Below the pieces are notes generated by a model, which worked only from the letters and a program-made list of their open reading frames with translations, had not been told where the DNA came from and did not search any database. A program made the translations under genes and the position numbers. A stretch of 63,331 bases of DNA, the filler included, from Thraustochytrium aureum (Eukaryota), in NCBI GenBank assembly GCA_012862495.1. It is 8 parts of 5 records of this genome, joined end to end, with 100 filler letters (N's around TTAATTAATTAA, not from the genome) between each part and the next. Parts side by side here need not be neighbours in the genome. Positions count along the whole stretch, not along the records: positions 38,854 to 52,210 come from BLSG01000050.1; positions 52,311 to 62,228 come from BLSG01000051.1; 6 more parts are not named here. One strand, given 5' to 3'. Within the stretch, counting starts at the first letter, position 1; each line of letters begins with the position of its first letter. Below, piece by piece: positions 47,501-56,917 of this stretch.

Positions 47501-48369
47501 TACGGTACACCTCAAAGAACAAGGTCTCCGGCAAAAACGTCTTGTTTGACGCTGCACCACGGCTGGCGCCATGCACAAGTGCGGGTTGCCGCACCGTGCT
47601 GTCGTACATGCTCTGAAGCCACTTGACCTGGCCACTGAGATCCTTTTTTACTGCAGCAGCCATGCTATGCCCGAACAGCACAATTGGGCTGCCGCGAAGG
47701 CCCGCGTGGAATGCCGGAAGGAGAAGCATTCCCTTGAGCGTCTTGCCGCCTTGCATGATTAGCTTGATCAGCTTTCGCTTCTGAGGCTTGAAGTACTCGT
47801 GGACGCTCGAGTTCTCTACCAGTTCGCGAAACTCCTCCAGAGTGTCGTTTTTCACGATGATGCGCCACAGAATCCGCAAGAGCACCGCGGATTTCACGGT
47901 CTTGGGGGCCTCGCACCACCTCCCCAACGTGTCGATCGCCTCGCCCTCTGCCGGACTGAACGGACCGTCTTCGTACAACAAGAAGGCTTCCGCCGAGTAT
48001 TCAGTCCAGCCGACCAGGTTTGCAAAGTATGTCCCTGCAAGCAATTCCTGGACGCGCTGCACAGCACCGCCCGCGCCCTCTACGGATGACGGAGCCGCGA
48101 ATGGGTTGTCCGTGTCGAAATCTTCAGGAGAACCGACCATTTCAGGCGCAGCATCAGTGCTGTCCCCATCTTGGTCGAAGTAGTAGTCGACGCTGTCGTG
48201 TCGTTCTTCATTGTTGCTGTTGGTTGTGCGAAGGGTTAGGCGAGTCCCGTTTGAGGCGTGTGTACAAGCGCAGCGTCAAAAACCTGCAACGACGCATAGA
48301 GGCGCAGAAATCCATCAAGTTACCACAAGTCACTTACCCAGTCTCGCGCTGCGCGGCAGAGTTTTCCAT
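44553..48369 (-). CDS. SF2 helicase-like ATPase (Z1-associated type) with acidic linker and C-terminal Cys/His zinc-finger repeats; predicted exons 48369-48338 and 48216-44553
   Basis: Walker A-like IMQGGKT, Walker B VVVDEAH, motif III EITATN, motif V-like LLRQSVSV and motif VI DDLLQGAGRLNGTR. C-terminal C-x4-C...C-x2-H repeats. A GTAAGT donor (48337), CTAAC branch point and ACAG acceptor (48217) join MENSAAQRETG to NNEERHDSVDYY in frame. Further in-frame ATGs lie at 48513 and 48636. Confidence 0.7.
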
Positions 48370-48812
48370 CTTTGCTTGTTTCTTTCCTGTCCAAGTGGTT
48401 CGCCTGCTTTGCGCTTCCCGTTCCCTGCTTTTGCTCCCTATGTATGCCTGCCTCCGGCTGTGCCAATCTGCGTTCGGTGACTGCGGATGTGCCTCCGTCC
48501 TGTCGCTCGCCATTGCGCAAGGCTTTTTCCTCGCGGACCGCGGAGATCCGCATAGAAAGCGAGGGTTGTAGAACGGCTCTCCCCGACCTTGAGCCTCCCA
48601 ATCGGCGAGCGCAAGTGCCGGACTCCGCGCCGACATCCGTCGCGAGGCTATATATTTGGTCCGCTCTGCACACACACCGGATACAATCAGAACCGCGACG
48701 AGAAAACACAGCAGGCGAGGCTTTCATGCAGGGCATTCGGCAAAGAACGAGCTTTACTCGAGGATGCGGTTGGTCTTTTAGCGCAGCACGGTCGACTGAT
48801 GAGACCGAATAC

Positions 48813-48860
48813 GCGACCACAGAAAGAAAAGTGAAAGAAACGGCACTGCCAAGCCTTTGA
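48813..48860 (-). repeat. Dispersed short repeat, copy 2 (inverted relative to copies 1 and 3)
   Basis: aaaagtgaaagaaacggcactgccaagcctttga (48827-48860) is the reverse complement of 49961-49994 with 2 mismatches. Confidence 0.75.
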
Positions 48861-49960
48861 CTGAGGTCAGGTAGCAACAACAGGGACGTCGCGCTGTGCC
48901 ACGGAGGCGGCTCGCTAGAGACTAGATAGAGTACGCTGTACTACTCTCGAGTACGTACTCAGCCTCTACTCGACAGCTCTCGAGAGCTACAGAGAGCACG
49001 CTCGCGCAGGTGAGGACTACTCTCAAGCGTAGTGAGTAAGAGAGAGGGCAAGGGAAAGAAAGGCCTTTGCCAAGTGGCATTTTTGACAGGGACGGCAAAA
49101 CTTTCCCAGTGCGTTGCCACGGACAAAGTACCGTTATGCGCCGCTCTGCATTAGCATTTCCGAGTCTGCCACTTTTNNNNNNNNNNNNNNNNNNNNNNNN
49201 NNNNNNNNNNNNNNNNNNNNNNNNNNNNNNNNNNNNNNNNNNNNNNNNNNNNNNNNNNNNNNNNNNNNNNNNNNNNNNNNNNNNNNNNNNNNNNNNNNNN
49301 NNNNNNNNNNNNNNNNNNNNNNNNNNNNNNNNNNNNNNNNNNNNNNNNNNNNNNNNNNNNNNNNNNNNNNNNNNNNNNNNNNNNNNNNNNNNNNNNNNNN
49401 NNNNNNNNNNNNNNNNNNNNNNNNNNNNNNNNNNNNNNNNNNNNNNNNNNNNNNNNNNNNNNNNNNNNNNNNNNNNNNNNNNNNNNNNNNNNNNNNNNNN
49501 NNNNNNNNNNNNNNNNNNNNNNNNNNNNNNNNNNNNNNNNNNNNNNNNNNNNNNNNNNNNNNNNNNNNNNNNNNNNNNNNNNNNNNNNNNNNNNNNNNNN
49601 NNNNNNNNNNNNNNNNNNNNNNNNNNNNNNNNNNNNNNNNNNNNNNNNNNNNNNNNNNNNNNNNNNNNNNNNNNNNNNNNNNNNNNNNNNNNNNNNNNNN
49701 NNNNNNNNNNNNNNNNNNNNNNNNNNNNNNNNNNNNNNNNNNNNNNNNNNNNNNNNNNNNNNNNNNNNNNNNNNNNNNNNNNNNNNNNNNNNNNNNNNNN
49801 NNNNNNNNNNNNNNNNNNNNNNNNNNNNNNNNNNNNNNNNNNNNNNNNNNNNNNNTTAATCCGCATTGACTTCTGGCCCTCATGTGGCCGGCCTGGGCCC
49901 TCTCCAGCAAGCCGCCTTCGTGGCGCAGCGAGATGTCCCAGTTGGCGCCGTCGGACCTAC

Positions 49961-50052
49961 TCCAAGGCTGGGCAGTGCCGTTTCTTTCACTTTTGAGGTC
50001 GCACCTCCCGTCTTTTAGCGTAACGTAGAGTAACAAGCCAACCACATGGAGT
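49961..50052 (+). repeat. Dispersed short repeat, copy 3
   Basis: tccaaggctgggcagtgccgtttctttcacttttgaggtcgcacctcccgtcttttagcgtaacgtagagtaaca...ccacatggagt overlaps the matches to both copy 1 and copy 2. Confidence 0.75.
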
Positions 50053-50059
50053 GGTTGCT

Positions 50060-51976
50060 TCAGGCTGACTTTTCTTCAGAGTCGACAGCGCGAATCCGTG
50101 CAACCAATTTCGGCATGTTTTCCACCACCTTTTCTGGCGTTGACATGTCCTCGTACAAACTACCACTGAAATGGAAACCCAGCGGCCCGTCCCAAGTTGT
50201 AGTGTTTGCCATCAACGGCTCCATCACCACTGGGATCATCTTCGCTCGTCCATGGCGGGTTTTCGCAAACGCGAATTCTGAACTGCAAAAGTTGTCACCC
50301 TTCAACTTGGTCATGTACGCCTTCGTGATGAACACGATCACCACGCGACTGCGAGCGATAGCGTCTGCGAGGACCTGCGACACGTCGCCGCTTGTCAAAC
50401 GCTGGAATCAAACCATGTCTGAAGGCCTGCCGCTTCCAGTGCGATATTGATCTCCATCACCCTTGCATGGTTGTCCCGCCCCCAATTGGTCCTTTCCCAT
50501 GTGTGAGAAAGGAAGGCGTCGAATATACTCCCGTAATCCAAGTACTTTTTCTCGCCAATTTCCGTCCCTGGTTTCCCGCGCGCGTACCTCCGCTTTACGG
50601 TAAAAGCCACCGCACCAAGAAGCATAGAGCTCAACACAATACCTACTAGAGGAGCTAAAATTATGCTCATAGTAGAATCGGATGGCGCGGTTGGGTTCAT
50701 CACGGGGGAAATGGTTAGCGACGACGTTGGTGCCGACGATGGCGCCGACGATGGTGCTGACGTTGGTGACAAAGTTGGAAACAGTGTCGGGGAGGACGTT
50801 GGGAACGGTGTTGGTGACGACGTTGGAAACAGTGTCGGAGAGGACGTTGGGAACGGCGTCGGCGGCGACGTTGGTGCTTTTGTTGGGAACTGTGTTGGCG
50901 AGGACGTTGAAACCTTCAACACGCGAACGAGGCCTGCATAGTTGCCTTCTGCGTCGTCGGGGTTGTAATTCGAATCGCCGACCGCGACTGTGCTGCCATC
51001 CGATGAGAGTGACGCCTCTTCAAGCTGCGAAAGACGTAGGTCATCGTTTATGTTGGGCCCGAGTTGGGTCCATTTCCCAGAAGCTGATCTTTCATAAACG
51101 TGTCGCCAGGACGCGATCACGCTGCCGTCCGATGACAGGCCCAAAAACCGCTCATTATTCTCATCGAAGATTGGACCAATCTGTGTCCAGATCCCTGATG
51201 TGAGCCGGAAAACACGTGATCCTCCAGATTCCCAGATCGCGATAGTGCTACCATCGGACGACATGGATACCTTAAACCCAGAAATATCAGCCCCAAGTTG
51301 CGTCCAGTTCCCAGAGGTGAATGTATAAACGCGAACTCTGTTTGATTTCGATTCGCCAACGGCAACCGTATTGCCGTCAGAGGACATGCTTACCCCCTCA
51401 AAAAGGCTCATCGCTGATGTCGCCACCTAATTGCGTCCAGTTTCCGTAGGTGAGCCGGAACGCTACGACGTTGCTTGAAGAAGCACCGATCACGACAGTG
51501 TTTCCATCCGACGACAGCGCCACCGACGCGCCAAACAGGCCACCAGCAACTTTGCCATTGACGTCGCCACCAACTTGAGTCCAGGTACCATAGGAGTAGT
51601 TATGCACACGAACCCATCCTCCCTGACTAACCTCGTCGCTGTTTGTAAGATGTGGCGCCCCGATTGCAATCATCGTGCCGTTTCCGGATAGTGAGACTGA
51701 CTTTCTTCCGTAGGATCTTGATGATATCCCACGAAACGCGGCGCCCACTTGTGTCCAGTTTCCAGAATTGAAGCTGTAGACAAGGACGTCCGATACTGTC
51801 CCAATCGCAAGGGTGCTGCCGTCTGGCGACAGCGATACTAACCGTCCGAAATGTCCACGATAACTCATTCCAATCATGTCGACGCCCAGTTGCTCCCACA
51901 CGGGAGTCTTACCGCTTGCCACAACTTCAGCCAAGATCACGAGAGTCGCTAGACTGACGAGTTGGCTCATCATCAT
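50060..51976 (-). CDS. Type I receptor: signal peptide, FG-GAP-like beta-propeller, Pro/Thr/Ser stalk, TM, cytoplasmic TIR domain (frameshifts ~51402 and ~50404)
   Basis: Repeats W-x-Q-x-G...FG-x-SV-x-LS-x-DG-x-T-x-A-I-G (about 7); (PTSSPTxF)n 24-bp repeats; TM IILAPLVGIVLSSMLLGAVAFTV-KRR. TIR: FDAFLSHTW...RDNHARV...GLQTWFD|LTSGDV...AIARSRVVIVFITKAY...FCSSEFAFA...MIPVVME...WDGPLG...LYED. Both shifts are single-base homopolymer indels. Confidence 0.8.
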
Positions 51977-52310
51977 TCTCCAAAACAGTGCAAACCGAGT
52001 CCTTCGCCTCCTTCTGGTCCCTGCGCTTGCTCAACACAAAAAGTTCGCTCGCAGTACTCTCGTGCTCAACTGCCACGTGCCTGCACCACGGCGTCGTCGC
52101 TACAAGATCTCCTGACGAGCCACGTTGGCGACCTGCCTCGTGACTTCTGCTCGGCGGCTTCTTGGTGCTTGTGGTCTAAAAAAGGTCCGTTAGATTCCGA
52201 AGTCGAACTGNNNNNNNNNNNNNNNNNNNNNNNNNNNNNNNNNNNNNNNNNNNNTTAATTAATTAANNNNNNNNNNNNNNNNNNNNNNNNNNNNNNNNNN
52301 NNNNNNNNNN

Positions 52311-52820
52311 GAGTTGAGCACCCCGCTGATGCAGGGTGCTGGCGGAGAACACGCGGACATCGTTCGCGTGCTCCTTGACGCTGGCGCGGATGTCAACAAA
52401 GGCGGTCATCAAGGAAAAACCGCGCTGATTTGCGCGGCATATGGAGACACGCCCGAGATTGTTAGCATGCTCTTGGACGCTGGAGCGAACGTTGAAAGAG
52501 TGGGCCGCAGTATTTGTGGTGCGGATGAAACGGCTTTGACGGCTGCGATTGGCTATGGGAGTGTCGAGATCGTCCGGATGCTCTTGGGAGCAGGCGCGCA
52601 GGTCAACAAGGCGGAGTTGAAAGGCGACTGCGCCTTGGTCCGCGCTGCTAAAAGGGGCAATGCCGAGATCCTCCAAGCGCTCCTCGACGCGGGAGCGCGA
52701 AATAACGAGCCAAGCTCAAGGCGCGCAAGTCGTCAAGGCCGACGACGAGGGCCGAACGGCGTTAATGTCCGCCGCGTCAAGAGCAGACAGCCCTCAATAC
52801 GTCCGAATGCTCCTTGACGC
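52311..52820 (+). CDS. Ankyrin-repeat protein fragment
   Basis: TPLMQGAGGEHADIVRVLLDAGADVN, TALICAAYGDTPEIVSMLLDAGANVE, TALTAAIGYGSVEIVRMLLGAGAQVN, ALVRAAKRGNAEILQALLDAGA, then (shifted) GRTALMSAASRADSPQYVRMLLD. Confidence 0.85.
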
Positions 52821-54499
52821 NNNNNNNNNNNNNNNNNNNNNNNNNNNNNNNNNNNNNNNNNNNNNNNNNNNNNNNNNNNNNNNNNNNNNNNNNNNNNNNN
52901 NNNNNNNNNNNNNNNNNNNNNNNNNNNNNNNNNNNNNNNNNNNNNNNNNNNNNNNNNNNNNNNNNNNNNNNNNNNNNNNNNNNNNNNNNNNNNNNNNNNN
53001 NNNNNNNNNNNNNNNNNNNNNNNNNNNNNNNNNNNNNNNNNNNNNNNNNNNNNNNNNNNNNNNNNNNNNNNNNNNNNNNNNNNNNNNNNNNNNNNNNNNN
53101 NNNNNNNNNNNNNNNNNNNNNNNNNNNNNNNNNNNNNNNNNNNNNNNNNNNNNNNNNNNNNNNNNNNNNNNNNNNNNNNNNNNNNNNNNNNNNNNNNNNN
53201 NNNNNNNNNNNNNNNNNNNNNNNNNNNNNNNNNNNNNNNNNNNNNNNNNNNNNNNNNNNNNNNNNNNNNNNNNNNNNNNNNNNNNNNNNNNNNNNNNNNN
53301 NNNNNNNNNNNNNNNNNNNNNNNNNNNNNNNNNNNNNNNNNNNNNNNNNNNNNNNNNNNNNNNNNNNNNNNNNNNNNNNNNNNNNNNNNNNNNNNNNNNN
53401 NNNNNNNNNNNNNNNNNNNNNNNNNNNNNNNNNNNNNNNNNNNNNNNNNNNNNNNNNNNNNNNNNNNNNNNNNNNNNNNNNNNNNNNNNNNNNNNNNNNN
53501 NNNNNNNNNNNNNNNNNNNNNAGATGTACCACGAGGACGGCCTGCTCGCCAAGCGCAGGGCGAGCAAATCCAGCCCTGCTCGTCGGCGCGGCGCCCTATG
53601 TCAAATTTGACTACGTGAGCGCCGCGCTCTCTAGCTAGCGCCAGAGAGCTCTCTACTAGAGCTACGTGCGCATGTGTTACGACAGAAATGGTGTACGCCC
53701 TTGCCTCGTGAGCTGAGAATCGCCTCAGGATTTCGTAGCCACCTGGTCGGCTCCGGCCTGCAGGCCACTCTCGCAGGCCACCCGCGGCAGCCAGCCGCTC
53801 GCTCCTCGCCGCGAGACTCCCCAGGCAGCCACGTCGCCGACGGCCGTTGTGTAACGGCGACGGCAGCGCCAACCTTCGCTGGTTGGTTGCAAAGGTTGCC
53901 TTGGTCGACGACCACGGCGTTGCAAGGCGAACCTGATGAGGCATCGGGGGGCCGAGCGAGGCCAACGCCATCGCCGTATGTACTCCTCTCAGCACGACGA
54001 CCGTCATGCCGCCGTCTCGGGCTGGCAAGGCCCACATCGTCACATCGATCAATCGATGGATCAATGTATCGATCGTGGGACCGAATAGAACATTCACGGT
54101 GCGAGGACCGAGGAGCCGGACCGAGGCGCGGGCAAGCAGGGCGGCCTTGCCGTTTGTGGTGACCTTCGATGAAGGCGATGAAGCCGGTCAAGACCTGCGC
54201 GCTGGCCAGCCATTCGCACGACCGTGACAAAGAAGAAGGAAAGAAACAGCTTTCGCTTTCGCCCATTCTCCATTGAACGAAGAAAGAAGACGCGCTTGCA
54301 CGCACGCACTCGCACCTGGCCGCTCGCTCGCTCGCTCGCCTGGCAGCAGCGGCTGTCGGCTTCTGCGCAAGGAAGACAGCGCTGAACCAGCCGCCGCCGA
54401 ACAAGCGACTGTTCCAATGCGCCAAGGTGAGAGGGGCCAGCGCCGCACTGTCTCCATCGCCCCTCTATCTTCCCAAGGGGCCCTCTCAGCCGCAAGTCC

Positions 54500-54709
54500 C
54501 CTCACAGCACTTTCCGGCGCCATCGGCTCCCGCTGTGAGGCGTCAGAATCCACCCTCACAGCCATCCGTGAGGCGATACGCGCTTCGGGCCAATCCTCCG
54601 CACGCCTGTGAGGCGCCCGCTATTATTATTCGATTGTTTCAAGGTATTGTTGCCGCTGTGAGGCGCGCTGCGAGGCGCGCATGTGAGGCGGGGCGCCCGG
54701 CGCCTCACA
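54500..54709. promoter_or_regulatory. Cluster of TGTGAGGCG/CCTCACA motifs in both orientations upstream of the DOMON gene
   Basis: About 9 copies, at 54500, 54532, 54554, 54566, 54606, 54655, 54667, 54682 and 54701. A regulatory role is inferred only from position. Confidence 0.4.
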
Positions 54710-54877
54710 AAAAAGGCGATTGAGAAAGTGCGAAAATGCGACAGGTTGTCAGGCGGCGCCATTTTGGATTACGCGTGAAAAGGCATCGATCGATCGACCG
54801 ATCAATCAATCAATCAGTTCGCTTCCAAGCAGACCCCGAACGCAGCGGAGCAGAGCCCGGACGCAGCTGACAGCGCA

Positions 54878-54928
54878 GACGCCAGTGCAGAGCCGACGCC
54901 AGAGCAGAGCCGACGCCAGTGCAGAACG
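54878..54928. repeat. 17-bp tandem repeat GACGCCAG(T/A)GCAGAGCC x3 in the presumed 5' UTR
   Basis: gacgccagtgcagagccgacgccagagcagagccgacgccagtgcagaac read directly. Confidence 0.75.
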
Positions 54929-54972
54929 GAGCTGAGGAAGCGCCTGTGTTTGCGAGTGTGCGCGGTGCGAGG

Positions 54973-56475
54973 ATGATGAGCAAGATGGGAGTGGCCAAGG
55001 TGGTGACTGCGGCCGTTTGCGCCGCGGCCGCCCTGTCGACCGGGGAGGCGCAGGTGTCAAAGTGCGCGGGCGGGGTCTGCGTGAGCCATGTGATCACTGG
55101 CGCAGGCCCGGGAGCGGTTACTGACCTCGTTGTGTCCAAGGAGTCGGGCTCGCTGGGGGACAACGAGTACCTTGCTCTCGTGCTGCCCGAAAATTTCAAG
55201 TTTGTCAGGAACGGCAGGGACGACGCCGGCTTGATGGCGCTCTTTGCCAATCCCAAGCAGGGCGTCGACTGCTTTGGTGTGACGAACAAACAGGACTGCA
55301 ACGCTCCCGTGTTCCGCAGCTTTTTGCTGACGGAACCGCTAGAGGGGAAGAACCTGTTTGTTGGGAGGTGCCAGGACAACTTGAACAGCGGCGCCTGCCA
55401 AGTGGACGGCACGACCATGAAGCCCGTGTCACCGAACTACCCGTTCAAATTGTTCGGCAGCAACTTGGCGCAGGTCGTCGACAATGAGATGACCGTGCGC
55501 CTGCAAGGCGAGTTCACCTCGTTCCAGGTTATTCAAGGCAGCATCTCGTTCACAAACAACGGAAAGAACCTGGCCGTCTTTCCAAGCAACCCGTCGCTTT
55601 CGTCGATCGAGTTTGGCGCCGTTGAGCCGACCGCTTCGCCGACCGCCGCCGCCGCGCCAACAGGATCGCCGACAGCCGCCACCGCCCCCACGGGTTCGCC
55701 CACAACCTCTGGAGCCGCGCCCACCGGGTCGCCGACGACGACGGGCTCCACCGACGGGCCTGCCCCGAGCTCGTCGCCGACGCCTGCAGTCTCTCCCGTT
55801 TCCGAGCCCACGCCCGCGCCCTCGGCGTCTAGCCCGACGACGTCCGAGCCCTCGGCTTCGCCGACCCTGCGGCCCGAAGTGGACGCGCAGGTTTCGTTCC
55901 CAGTCCTCGACGGGGAGGCCTTCATCGAGTACCGCGTCCTGCCTTCCGGCGAGGTCGACATCATGGTCGAGGCGAACGTGCCCTCGGGCAACGGCTGGAT
56001 CGGCCTCGGCGTGTCTGACAACGGCAAGATGGTCGGGTCCAAGGCGATCATCGGCGAGCTCGTCGGCGACGAGGCCAGCGTGCACGCGTACAGGCTCGAG
56101 GCCAAGTCGCCCAGCGGCATCGTGCGCATCGAGGGCCGCCGCGCCCTGCAGGCCTCTGCCGCGTGCGGCGAGCCGTTCATCAAGCGCGAGGACGGCAAGC
56201 TGCGAATGCGCGTCTGCGCCGCCGATATCGGCGGCGACGCGCTCGTCCAGAACGGCGAAACGATGCGCGGCCTCATTGTGTCGTTCAACGACGGCGCGAA
56301 GATTGCGGACACCGCGGTGCACACCAAGTTTGGCAGCGTCGAGTCGCGGGATCTCGGCGACAAGCCAGCAAACCAGCCCACCACGAGCCCGCCCGCAGGT
56401 GAAGGCGACGATGACAGCAACGTTGGCGCAATCGTCGGCGGCGTGATCGGCGGCCTTGTTCTGCTCGCGCTCATC
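54973..56475 (+). CDS. Type I surface protein: signal peptide, Cys-containing N-domain, PTGSPT stalk, DOMON domain, TM (3' end in gap)
   Basis: Signal VAKVVTAAVCAAAALSTGEA; APTGSPT repeats; DOMON GWIGLGVSDNGKMVGSKAIIG...AVHTKFG; TM VGAIVGGVIGGLVLLALI. Confidence 0.75.
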
Positions 56476-56917
56476 NNNNNNNNNNNNNNNNNNNNNNNNN
56501 NNNNNNNNNNNNNNNNNNNNNNNNNNNNNNNNNNNNNNNNNNNNNNNNNNNNNNNNNNNNNNNNNNNNNNNNNNNNNNNNNNNNNNNNNNNNNNNNNNNN
56601 NNNNNNNNNNNNNNNNNNNNNNNNNNNNNNNNNNNNNNNNNNNNNNNNNNNNNNNNNNNNNNNNNNNNNNNNNNNNNNNNNNNNNNNNNNNNNNNNNNNN
56701 NNNNNNNNNNNNNNNNNNNNNNNNNNNNNNNNNNNNNNNNNNNNNNNNNNNNNNNNNNNNNNNNNNNNNNNNNNNNNNNNNNNNNNNNNNNNNNNNNNNN
56801 NNNNNNNNNNNNNNNNNNNNNNNNNNNNNNNNNNNNNNNNNNNNNNNNNNNNNNNNNNNNNNNNNNNNNNNNNNNNNNNNNNNNNNNNNNNNNNNNNNNN
56901 NNNNNNNNNNNNNNNNN

